Source of the DNA: an uncultured Gammaproteobacteria bacterium
GTDB lineage: Bacteria > Patescibacteriota > Patescibacteriia > 2-12-FULL-60-25
Length of the DNA stretch: 44,028 nucleotides
Direction: 5' to 3'
NCBI GenBank assembly: GCA_964584725.1
Contig: CAZPAP010000002.1
Coordinates: 1-44,028, forward strand
Shown here in pieces: positions 35,033 to 44,028 of the stretch (its first letter is position 1; every line of letters begins with the position of its first letter). The notes under the pieces were generated by a model. It saw only the letters and a program-made list of their open reading frames with translations, did no database searches and was not told where the DNA came from. Made by a program: the position numbers and the translations under genes.

Positions 35033-35797
35033 ATGCTGTTAGGGCGAAATATGCCGGAGGATAAAGCAAATTTCCGAGGTGCTTTGGATGGACATTGGAG
35101 AAAATTGAACAAAAGTAAAAGAGTCGCGTTCATTACCTTTGTAATTGGCGCGGTTTTGCTGTTTTCCTTTTCTTTTTTGAATTTAATGGACAGTATTTCC
35201 TCTCCTTTCCGCGGTTCTGTGGCTCAGCTTGAGAAAAACAAAGACATGCTTAAGGATCCTGAGACTGAACAGAATGCCCTGGCCAAAAGGACTGACACTG
35301 ACGGCGATGGCTTGTCTGATTGGGATGAGGAGAATGTTTATCATACGTCGCCTTATCTTTGGAGCACGGCCGGGGACAAAATGCCGGACAACGTGAAGCT
35401 GGCTTTGGGCGAGAATCCTTTGTGCAAACATGGAGAAAAATGCAATGCCAGCCAAATGAAATTTGATTTGGGCAGCTCTACCTTGCCTTTCGTCGATTTG
35501 GTGAACAAAACAAACAACGTCAATTCGACTTTGAATGAATACATGCTGGGCACAAGCGCCCAGGCTAAGGATTTTCAGGCTCAGGCCAGCAGCACGGGTG
35601 TGGATTTGAGCTGGAAGAACCAGGTGCCGCGCGACCCCGTGGTTTTGAGGAAGGCTTTGGTCGATTCAGGCAAGATAACCGAAGAAGAATTGAGCAAAGT
35701 CACGGACGATCAACTGCTCAAGATGTTCGACGATGCCATGACAGAGCTCGAGCAGAAGCAAGCTAATATCTCAAGTTCGACCCAATCGGGCATTTGA
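35033..35797 (+). CDS. membrane-anchored protein with a thrombospondin-type-3-like Ca-binding motif
   Basis: TM anchor VAFITFVIGAVLLFSFSFL, motif DTDGDGLSDWDEEN. The start could instead be the ATG at 35051. The stop lies 2 nt before the giant ORF start. Confidence 0.65.
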   Translation: MLLGRNMPEDKANFRGALDGHWRKLNKSKRVAFITFVIGAVLLFSFSFLNLMDSISSPFRGSVAQLEKNKDMLKDPETEQNALAKRTDTDGDGLSDWDEENVYHTSPYLWSTAGDKMPDNVKLALGENPLCKHGEKCNASQMKFDLGSSTLPFVDLVNKTNNVNSTLNEYMLGTSAQAKDFQAQASSTGVDLSWKNQVPRDPVVLRKALVDSGKITEEELSKVTDDQLLKMFDDAMTELEQKQANISSSTQSGI

Positions 35798-35799
35798 TT

Positions 35800-38700
35800 A
35801 TGTTCAAGACACGATTGCTCTTTAGCAAAATCGGCCTGATGATCGGGCTCGTGTCTGTTTTGGCGATTTTAGTCGCACCAATCGCCAGTGTCCATGCAGA
35901 ATCCTCTGAACCTGTTGCGCCAGAAGTGCCGCCAGTCTACATCCCTGGGGATTGTAATGTACTATTTGCTCAGTTGGCCGCCCTTCCGCCCACAGATCCG
36001 AATCGAAGCTTATTGAATTCCGATTTCATCAGGTGCTTGAATGATGATTTGACCCGTTCCCAAATTTGGCAAGGCCAAGTCCAGGAATATTGGTACAGGC
36101 GCAGCAAGCAAATCAACCAAAGCTTTGAGTTTAAGATCAAGATCGCGCTTTTGGGCGGCGTTTTGAATGCCATGGGCTATGCGGCCCAAAGGATCGCATA
36201 TGAAACTGCCCAATTGATTCTGACCGGAGGCCAGGGGAGCGAACCCATGTTCTGGAACCAGCCGATCGGCGATTGGATAAAGAACGTAGGCGATCAGAGT
36301 GCAGGCATGTTCATCAGCGAACTTGATACTGCAATCGGCACATATACCGAAGAAAACCTCGGCACGAAGATCAGTTTTTGCAGCAAACCCAACCCTTTGT
36401 CGCTTTCCATGTCTTTGTCCGGCGTCCAGCCCATAGAGATGATGAAGCCGACTTGTACGCTTTCGGCCATGGCCAGCAATTTTTCGGCCATCGCAGACAT
36501 GGTCGAGTCGGGTGACGCCTTGAGGATACAGAAAGCCCAGTTTGACCCTAAAGCGAACGACTTGGCGATCGGCATAGAAATCAATAATCGGAAAGTCCAA
36601 GGTGAATTGGATTACATGAAGAACCAGTTGGCTCAACGCATGGAATCGCAAGGCATGAAGAGCATCACAGACGCCATTTCAGGCAAAATCAAATACCCAA
36701 GCGTTCTGGCCAACAGTTCTTTGGAGAACATGGATCCAGTGGCTGTTGCTTACAAGAATCAGCAGCAGCAAGAGAGCTACATGATGGATGCATATTGGCA
36801 GACAGGCTTGGAAGGTATAGCTTTCCTGACCGTATCGACATTCGCCAATACAATGGTGGTGGGTATTTTGCAGAGGATCTTCAAGCAAGATACTCCGGTG
36901 GGCGATTCCATCAGTGCCACACCCAACCAAATGAAGATCAAGTTCACTTCTTTGCAGAATGCAGATGCTTCAGGCGATGCTGTGGATCTTTATGAACGGC
37001 AATCTTTTGCCAAGGCTTTGGGCGATTATATCGTCCCGAATTTCACTTCAACCGAAGATAAGGATATTTTGGGTGAACTTTCCACGTGCGTGACTCCGCG
37101 GGGCAGATGGAGCTGTGCCATGGATCAGGCGTTAGCCGTGGCCATCAGCGCCGGGACAAAAGACGGGGCTTTGACCGTCGGTCGCGCCGCAGGCATCGGA
37201 GTTGAGGGTTCGACTTTCAGTCCGAACGGCCAAGGCGTGCATGCAGATTGGGAACTAATTCCGGAAAGCGACATAAAGAACAATACTGACCCGGCTTGCG
37301 CTCAGCGCGCATATTGCGCAGGCAACCTCAAGAAAATGAGGCTGGCCCGCATCTTGCCCATTGGCTGGGAATTGGCCGCCAATTCGATCTACAACATAAA
37401 GAAGAGCGGCAAATATGTCTTGCTCGGCGAAGTCATCAGGAACTTCTACAACTGCAATGATAAAGGCGAAATAGACAAAGACCATCCGTGGTGCCACTTA
37501 GTCGATCCGAATTGGATTTTGACTTCGCCCAAGTATCAATGCCGAGCTAAGGGTTATGGCGACACGATAATGCCAGGTACGGGCACGAGGCTTGAGGATT
37601 GCGGAGACGTAGTTTCGTGTTTGGGTACGAACCAAAACAACGAGTGCACCCAAGGCTATGGATATTGTTTGGCCGAACGCCCGGTCTATAGGTTTGATTC
37701 AAAGACCTGCGAACCGCAGAATGCCTCGTGCCGCACTTATAGCGGGCCTTCGGGCATGGCTTCGTATTTGCGCAATAGCGTGGACAGGGGACACTGTTCG
37801 GAAGAGAACATGGGTTGCGCCTGGTATGCGACAGAACGCTATGTCACCAGCACCCAGACAGCCGACGGCTTATGGGTGGGCACAGTCACCAGCGGACCGC
37901 GCGTCTATTATGATGGAACATCCAAGCCGTGTACGGCCGAGGGCTGCAGCAAGGTCTATAGGTTTGAGCCTGGCCAGCAAGCCTTGAATTTAGTGCAGAA
38001 CGGATCGTTCGAGAGCGCGCAAAAGGATGACCAAGGTTCCATCAAGAGCCTTGATGGCTGGCACACTGGCTCGCAATGTTCCTTGGACAAGTCTGTTTTG
38101 AGCGACAGCTCATATGATAAGGCCAGCAATCTGTCCCTTGATGGTTCGTCATGCAAAGGCGCTGAGCAGGATATCCAAATCACGCAAAACAGATATTATG
38201 TATTGAGTTTTTACTTGAAATCACAAGCGAAATCAGAGAAAGACACCTCGATCGTCACATTCTATAAGACAGTCGGCGGAAGCCAGCAGCCGATCACATC
38301 GAACATTGCGGCTTATGAAGATTGCGTGGCTTCAGGCAATGGGTTGACTTTCAGTAAACCAGCCAGCGATACCTGGATCAGGACAACGTGTAAATTCGTT
38401 TCGCCCAAAGACGCGACATCCATGAAGCTTGTCCTATCTGGAGCGCCAGGCGTATTGCGCTACGACGCCATCCAGCTGGAAGAAGGGCAGAACCCGACAT
38501 TGTTCGGGGAGGGTGTGGCTGCCCAATTAGCCGAGTCATATTTGAGGATCGCACCGGATGCATATAAATGTACTGGTAATGATACGACCGATAACCCGGC
38601 TTGCAAGCGCTTTGCCCGTGTTTGCGCCCAGACTGATGTCGGTTGCCAAGGCTATAAAGATACCGAAGATCTGACAGCGCCCGAAATACCGGCCTCGCTA

Positions 38701-41700
38701 TCCACTAAAGATCTGTGCCCGGCGATCTGCGCAGGCTATGGCGAATACCGCAAGCTGGCTTCTTCGTTCGATTTGGTCAAGAGCGCTGATCCGGTTTATA
38801 ACGATCCGAACGATGACACGATCGCGTATTTCATTCCGTCATTGGCTGCGCAATGCTCTTTGGCCGAAGTCGGTTGCGAGGCTTTCACTAGCCTGGAGGG
38901 CGCGACCAGCACAGGGGAATCGGTCTCATACTACAATCAACTCAGGTCTTGCGAAAAACCGAGCGCCAACTCAGCCACCTTCTTTACTTGGGAAGGTTCG
39001 GATGTGACAGGCTATCAATTGAAGACCTGGTCTCTGATCAAATCCGATAAAGATAACTCACCCAAGATTTTGCTTAAAGGAGCGGCTCTCGGGTCGATCA
39101 AAGACCCTGGCACATGCAATGAGATGACTTGGAAAAAAGGCACTGATCCTGATTGCCGTCAGTTTTATGATAAGGACGGCGCAGTCTATTACAACTATTA
39201 TTCGCAGACTATTTCGTCGGACATTGCCTGTACATTGATGCGCAAGAGCAATTCATCCGACGTGGATTGCAGCAAGACAGGCGGACAATACGTAACCGAG
39301 ACCAAGGATTGCATGTATCTGGCCTTGCCGGCCGAAAGCAATTCCTGCTCAGCATCAGCCGGAGGCTGTCGCGCTTACATGGGCCCGACAGGCCGGAATG
39401 CGGTCGCCGTGCTGTTCGAACAGTTCAATGATCCGAATAGTTTGGCCAAATTCGCGTTCGATAACAATAAAGTTAAAGTCCAATTATCAAAAGAAAGCGT
39501 CTTGGTCGGCGACCAGTCGGTCAAGGTCGAATCAGTCAAAGCCTCAGACATGGACCTGAAGATGGTCGTGCCGATTGGTACGACGAGCACCTTGTATCGT
39601 ATTTCATTCTGGGTAAAGACAGACAATGTTTTGGCTGAAAACGCTGATGTCAGCATTGATGGCCAATCTGCGGGTTCTTTTGTGCCGGATGTCAAATGGA
39701 AACGCTTTGAATTCGGCCCGTTCGCCATCAAAGGCACGACCCAGGGCGCTACTACGACCGCACAAATCGCCTGGCATTTCCCGGCAGGATTCAAAGCCGC
39801 ATATCTGGATACCATCAGGCTGGATCAATTGAATGACACGCAATTCGTGATCAAGGACAAATGGTCGATTCCGGCTGCTTGCGATGCGACTTATCCGGAG
39901 AATATTCCTGAGCCGCATGCCATGGCCGGTTGCCGCGCCTACACTGACCGCGACGGGAACACGGCCTTTGTCCGCAAGTTCAGCTCTTTGTGCCGCGAAC
40001 AAGCCATTGGCTGCAAAGCTTTCATTGATACGCGCGGCAATGCTGATCCATATCCGAAAACAATCAGCGTCACTGGTACGCCAGGGCCTTCCAAGAAAGG
40101 CAACGACAACTCGAATAATCCGGCTGACCTCAAAGCCAAGGCATATGACGAACAATTCTTAGGCGATTGGTCCGAGACCACTGATCCATACAGATATTAT
40201 TACGCCATAGACGACCAACGCGCCCAATGCGACAGCGCAGAGAACATGTGCCGGGCTTTCGGTAAGCCAGTCTTCATGCAGACCGGGTTGAGTTTGGCTA
40301 CCACGACATATGCAGTCATGACTCAGGATGTTGATATCTACTCCAACCAAAAACAGGTCTATGGGTTCCAGACAGTACTGTTGAAACACGATTTCAATTC
40401 TTACGCGGATGACAACGGGAATCTTAAGCTCGCGTGCCGCAAAGATGAACTTTTCTGCAACAGGTTCCAAAGCGGCAATGTGGTCGAGTATTTCAGGGAT
40501 CCTGCCCAGCATGCTTGCGTGTGGCAAAAAGCCATCAAGCTGACCAAGAACGAAGCCTACAATATAATGCAGGACGGCGTTTATTCCGGCTGGTTCAGGA
40601 AAGGCACGAGTATCCCATGCTACCCGGAGTACCTTGGGTCAGGCGAACAATATCTGCTCCAGTTCACCGGCGAACTCAGGTATGCGGGCTGGGGAGCTGA
40701 GTGCCCGCAAGACCAAAGCGAGTGCGCTGAGTTCGTGGATCCGAATGATACATCCGATGCATCCCAGCCTTTGGGCAGGTCGTATTTCATGATCAACAGC
40801 AATAAATTGGATACACGGTCATGCGGGGGCGTTGTTGATCCGTTGGCTGGCTGTGTGCTGTTCAACAACAAGAACATCTCAGAACTGCAGGCCAGCAGCA
40901 AGGCGACATATGGCAAGATCCAGGCAGAGCACGGCGCGCCACAAAGCCCGGTGGATTGTCAGAAAGATCCGGAAAATCCAAGCTGCAAAGCAAACGGTAC
41001 GTGCGAGAATTTTGCGAAAAAACCTGGCGCGAATTATCTCTGTTCATCCGATGATTTCCAGAAGAACATCAACTCTGCCGTTCAAGAATACGAAAAGAAT
41101 AAGCAGTCTTGCGCCAGCGACGACGATTGCGTGCTCACGGTCAATAATAGTCCGTCGGTTACATGTTATGTAGGCAAGGCATATGGCACGTGCCAGCTGC
41201 CCAAGAACGACTCGAACATTGTCCTGAAAGTGAAATTGGACAGGGAGTGCGCGCGCTGGATGGGTTGCCGCACGGGTGAGACGGTTTATGATCCGTCCGC
41301 ACAGAAATACGTCAATCAATGCTCCCAGCTTGAATTGTGCGAAAAGAACGGTTCAAAGAACGATGATATTTTCTGCGCTAAGTTTTCGGACAGGACCAAA
41401 GAAGACCTTTTGTCAGTCGGCCAGTTCATCACGCCAGAAACATACAGCTCCAGGTTGGTCGGTTATGGCAAGCTGGATTATTCGGGCTACACGATTCCTA
41501 ACCAATATCTGCTGACGGATATCCAGCCGGATGCTGTCGGGTACCAGATTTTGTCAGGCGACCTCAAGGAACAATACAGATACGACCAGCGCTTGGTGGC
41601 TGAGATACCGTTGAGCAATGAAGTGGTGAGTTATACGGACAATAATTTCAAATCTTTACCGTCGGGTTATAGCTTGTGCCAAGACCAAAGGACACAGCGC

Positions 41701-44028
41701 ATCGGTTATCGTTTGCCGAACTCCGATATCTGCATCTTATCCATCAGCGGAGACGAGGCCACGGCCATGAGCCAGAACAAGCAGGGCTTGTCCAAGGATA
41801 TCCAACAGATATATAAAGAGTTCGCAGCGAGCAATGTCTCGAACCAGAATGCCTTGCTCCAAAGCGCAATGCCCAGTCCAGAGTGCCAGCTCTTCCCGGA
41901 AATCGATTCCCCATTGCCTAACCAGTATGTAGCAAAGTGGAACGATGCTAGCGTGCCGCCGACTCCGGAAACGATGTTGACCGGGTTTGAAGGTTCGAAA
42001 GCTTGCGTATTCGGCGAAGATTGTTCTTGCTCATATCGCAAAGCCAGATATCAGCAGAATCTTGAAAGATATTATTCGCTATCAGGCTCTGCGCCGGCTG
42101 TTGGAGTTTGCTTCGGCGGCGCAAAAGAGGGGAGCGCTTGCGTGCCAGGCGGGTATATTCCGGTGGATGCCAAAAACAGGGTTATGGTTTCTCAACAAGG
42201 GAATTTATCGGACAATACATGCCAAGGCGGATCATGCGTGCCCATCCAAGATGTAGTGGTGATGAACGGCAAATACGCCTATTGCCTTGAGCGCGACAGG
42301 ACCAGGATCGATGGGATATCGCAAAGCACATCGCCGTGCCTGACTTGGAGCCCAGCCACAGTCTTGGGCGGCAAGTATGATCTGGCCCATTATTCGCCGA
42401 CTGCCGGATATCTCCCGCCGCAAGGAGCAGGCGAATATTTCTGCACCAGCGGCGCCAATCCGCAGAAATTGGATACGTGGAGTACGTTTACCGACTCAGG
42501 CAGCCCGGCAGATGGTTATTGGGGCAAAAATTTCAAGTCTCCAGGAAAACTGGTCCAGTTCGGCTTTTCCAGGGCAGATGTCTGGTCCATCCATTCATAT
42601 GATGATTACCCACAAGTCGCTATTGATGGCGCGACCAATATCGCGTATTCAGGGAATCTTGATTGCTTGAAGTCCGGTGATTGCAAGAATGATTTGGTGA
42701 CAGGGCAGGCAACACAGAACATGCGCTATCAATGCCGACGCACTTCTTTGTGCGAAGGCGTATTGGATTCCGAATCAAAGAGATATCCAAACCCGGCCGA
42801 AGGAAACGAGAATGGTGGATTGGATGCTAATCCGTCTGAAGGCAGGTGGATCATGACCGGCGAAGACATAAACAGTTCATACATGGAATATTTCATCCCG
42901 GATGTGAACTCGACCTATGGCCAGAACGAAAAATATTTTGATTATCATTTCGGGATGTTCAAGTTCAGCATCGAGCCGTTCGCGGCCGGTACTGCCTGCA
43001 AGTGGAATCCGCGTTGGCTAGGCATGACTCATCAAGTGGTCGAAGACATCAGCAAGAATACGGCTGCTGAGTTCTCTTGCCAGAATTATCTGCAGCAGGT
43101 CCAAACCGCATCCCAAAATTTTTACAGCAGGTTCTCAGCCGCTTTCCCTGGAGTCTTGAGCCGCGATAATGAGGCTGTGCTTAAGGATACGCAGGAAACG
43201 CCAGTCAAACTCAAGTGCACTTTCGGGCCTTGGGGGCAGTGCTTCTATAAATATTGGGAAACCGGCTTCCAGAACGGCAACCAAAGCGAATTTAAGTGGC
43301 CGTTCATGACGCATAAGGGTAAATTGGACAAGTTCAGCTTTGCCGAACAGTCAGCTTTGTATTATGCCGAGGAGTGCCGTTCGGGCCAGCCGTATTTCGG
43401 CATCCGCGCTGTGTTCCAGAACATCAACGATAAGATGAACGCCTTAGCTCCGGATGAAGCGCGCAAAGTGAGCTTGGATGGCCCATGGCAATTCGTGGGT
43501 TTCTGGGTTACGACCTGTTTGCCGACCAAGAACCGTCAGGATCCAGGCTGGTTGTATTTGCGCATGGACGTGGTCACGGCTGATGTGTGCCACGAAGTCG
43601 GACAGGTGATCGCTCCGAATACGCGTGAGAGCGCAGCTTTTGCAGATAGGGTTTGGTCCCAGGGCGGGTTCTTTTTGCCGGTGCTTGGCATCAGATATAC
43701 ATCGCGCAATGAACCATTCGGTTCGGCCATAGCCACAGGCAAGATCGGTCCAGATCCGATGCTAGTAGGCGCATCCACGCCATTGTCTGACAGCGCCCTA
43801 AAAGCCCCGACATTCATTGATTCCGGAGTCACGACCGCGCCTTTGTTTGCCCAGCAAAATGCCTGGGTGCCGCTGACCAATCTTTTTGCCCGTGTGTATA
43901 AGGTTTATCGCTGGGATCCAGTGCCTGTGTTTGATGGGAGTTATGCTTGCGTAAAAGGCACGTCCAAAGGCAAGGCTTGTACTTGGGGTGCGAATTCTTA
44001 TCAAGGCCTGAAAGATTGCGGAGATTAC
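35800..44028 (+). CDS. giant secreted Cys-rich modular surface protein, 3'-partial (at least 2743 codons)
   Basis: Reading by eye, frame 1 has no stop from the ATG at 35800 to the last base of the window. The track lists no frame-1 ORF here, only short ORFs in other frames. Signal peptide MFKTRLLFSKIGLMIGLVSVLAILVAPIASVHA/ES. Two NGSFE-type beta-sandwich (CBM4_9-like) modules and recurrent GCxA[FY] Cys motifs. Confidence 0.85.
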   Translation, partial: MFKTRLLFSKIGLMIGLVSVLAILVAPIASVHAESSEPVAPEVPPVYIPGDCNVLFAQLAALPPTDPNRSLLNSDFIRCLNDDLTRSQIWQGQVQEYWYRRSKQINQSFEFKIKIALLGGVLNAMGYAAQRIAYETAQLILTGGQGSEPMFWNQPIGDWIKNVGDQSAGMFISELDTAIGTYTEENLGTKISFCSKPNPLSLSMSLSGVQPIEMMKPTCTLSAMASNFSAIADMVESGDALRIQKAQFDPKANDLAIGIEINNRKVQGELDYMKNQLAQRMESQGMKSITDAISGKIKYPSVLANSSLENMDPVAVAYKNQQQQESYMMDAYWQTGLEGIAFLTVSTFANTMVVGILQRIFKQDTPVGDSISATPNQMKIKFTSLQNADASGDAVDLYERQSFAKALGDYIVPNFTSTEDKDILGELSTCVTPRGRWSCAMDQALAVAISAGTKDGALTVGRAAGIGVEGSTFSPNGQGVHADWELIPESDIKNNTDPACAQRAYCAGNLKKMRLARILPIGWELAANSIYNIKKSGKYVLLGEVIRNFYNCNDKGEIDKDHPWCHLVDPNWILTSPKYQCRAKGYGDTIMPGTGTRLEDCGDVVSCLGTNQNNECTQGYGYCLAERPVYRFDSKTCEPQNASCRTYSGPSGMASYLRNSVDRGHCSEENMGCAWYATERYVTSTQTADGLWVGTVTSGPRVYYDGTSKPCTAEGCSKVYRFEPGQQALNLVQNGSFESAQKDDQGSIKSLDGWHTGSQCSLDKSVLSDSSYDKASNLSLDGSSCKGAEQDIQITQNRYYVLSFYLKSQAKSEKDTSIVTFYKTVGGSQQPITSNIAAYEDCVASGNGLTFSKPASDTWIRTTCKFVSPKDATSMKLVLSGAPGVLRYDAIQLEEGQNPTLFGEGVAAQLAESYLRIAPDAYKCTGNDTTDNPACKRFARVCAQTDVGCQGYKDTEDLTAPEIPASLSTKDLCPAICAGYGEYRKLASSFDLVKSADPVYNDPNDDTIAYFIPSLAAQCSLAEVGCEAFTSLEGATSTGESVSYYNQLRSCEKPSANSATFFTWEGSDVTGYQLKTWSLIKSDKDNSPKILLKGAALGSIKDPGTCNEMTWKKGTDPDCRQFYDKDGAVYYNYYSQTISSDIACTLMRKSNSSDVDCSKTGGQYVTETKDCMYLALPAESNSCSASAGGCRAYMGPTGRNAVAVLFEQFNDPNSLAKFAFDNNKVKVQLSKESVLVGDQSVKVESVKASDMDLKMVVPIGTTSTLYRISFWVKTDNVLAENADVSIDGQSAGSFVPDVKWKRFEFGPFAIKGTTQGATTTAQIAWHFPAGFKAAYLDTIRLDQLNDTQFVIKDKWSIPAACDATYPENIPEPHAMAGCRAYTDRDGNTAFVRKFSSLCREQAIGCKAFIDTRGNADPYPKTISVTGTPGPSKKGNDNSNNPADLKAKAYDEQFLGDWSETTDPYRYYYAIDDQRAQCDSAENMCRAFGKPVFMQTGLSLATTTYAVMTQDVDIYSNQKQVYGFQTVLLKHDFNSYADDNGNLKLACRKDELFCNRFQSGNVVEYFRDPAQHACVWQKAIKLTKNEAYNIMQDGVYSGWFRKGTSIPCYPEYLGSGEQYLLQFTGELRYAGWGAECPQDQSECAEFVDPNDTSDASQPLGRSYFMINSNKLDTRSCGGVVDPLAGCVLFNNKNISELQASSKATYGKIQAEHGAPQSPVDCQKDPENPSCKANGTCENFAKKPGANYLCSSDDFQKNINSAVQEYEKNKQSCASDDDCVLTVNNSPSVTCYVGKAYGTCQLPKNDSNIVLKVKLDRECARWMGCRTGETVYDPSAQKYVNQCSQLELCEKNGSKNDDIFCAKFSDRTKEDLLSVGQFITPETYSSRLVGYGKLDYSGYTIPNQYLLTDIQPDAVGYQILSGDLKEQYRYDQRLVAEIPLSNEVVSYTDNNFKSLPSGYSLCQDQRTQRIGYRLPNSDICILSISGDEATAMSQNKQGLSKDIQQIYKEFAASNVSNQNALLQSAMPSPECQLFPEIDSPLPNQYVAKWNDASVPPTPETMLTGFEGSKACVFGEDCSCSYRKARYQQNLERYYSLSGSAPAVGVCFGGAKEGSACVPGGYIPVDAKNRVMVSQQGNLSDNTCQGGSCVPIQDVVVMNGKYAYCLERDRTRIDGISQSTSPCLTWSPATVLGGKYDLAHYSPTAGYLPPQGAGEYFCTSGANPQKLDTWSTFTDSGSPADGYWGKNFKSPGKLVQFGFSRADVWSIHSYDDYPQVAIDGATNIAYSGNLDCLKSGDCKNDLVTGQATQNMRYQCRRTSLCEGVLDSESKRYPNPAEGNENGGLDANPSEGRWIMTGEDINSSYMEYFIPDVNSTYGQNEKYFDYHFGMFKFSIEPFAAGTACKWNPRWLGMTHQVVEDISKNTAAEFSCQNYLQQVQTASQNFYSRFSAAFPGVLSRDNEAVLKDTQETPVKLKCTFGPWGQCFYKYWETGFQNGNQSEFKWPFMTHKGKLDKFSFAEQSALYYAEECRSGQPYFGIRAVFQNINDKMNALAPDEARKVSLDGPWQFVGFWVTTCLPTKNRQDPGWLYLRMDVVTADVCHEVGQVIAPNTRESAAFADRVWSQGGFFLPVLGIRYTSRNEPFGSAIATGKIGPDPMLVGASTPLSDSALKAPTFIDSGVTTAPLFAQQNAWVPLTNLFARVYKVYRWDPVPVFDGSYACVKGTSKGKACTWGANSYQGLKDCGDY

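Noticed and set aside
36010-36651. 213-aa - strand ORF and the other short ORFs listed between 35970 and 44004
   Set aside because: They are shadows of the giant frame-1 + strand ORF, which stays open across all of them.
1-44028. CRISPR arrays, tRNA/rRNA genes, integrases/transposases, and stop-codon recoding (UGA as sense)
   Set aside because: I found no regularly spaced direct repeats and no T-arm (GGTTCGAATCC-like) or rRNA signatures in the intergenic gaps. No recombinase motifs appear in any ORF. All conserved genes are full-length under the standard code.

Overview
This window reads as a gene-dense stretch of a small-genome, uncultivated-type bacterium. My inference is Patescibacteria/CPR-like. 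The grounds are a ComEC without a lactamase domain, a four-helix-bundle cassette, short palindromic and heptamer-word repeats, giant Cys-rich secreted proteins, and few Shine-Dalgarno (SD) sites.

Recognisable core genes, nearly all on the + strand, are trxB, comEC, recA, ftsK, rpoB, rpoC, yebC, ruvC, gyrA, clpP, an nrnA-like DHH gene, rbfA, a short smc, DUF3006 plus VanW, and hsp20. I saw no rRNA, tRNA, CRISPR array, integrase or transposase.

Four things stand out.
1. An ORF of at least 2743 codons (35800 to the window end) is absent from the supplied ORF track because it has no stop codon in the window. It encodes a signal-peptide-bearing, Cys-rich, modular surface protein.
2. A 3.2-kb all-minus-strand cassette (10803-14046) sits between the ftsK/HTH operon and rpoBC. 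It carries two orphan proteins, near-duplicate consensus promoters, an iteron-like word array and strongly structured RNA-like segments.
3. There are two classes of translation start. Core genes mostly lack an SD and some look leaderless. A set of somewhat more G+C-rich orphan genes all carry canonical GGAGG.
4. Several short repeat families occur: TACGAAT word arrays, CCCTCC/GGAGGG palindromes and GTAGAGACG palindromes.

All family calls come from motif recognition by eye. No search or folding program was run.
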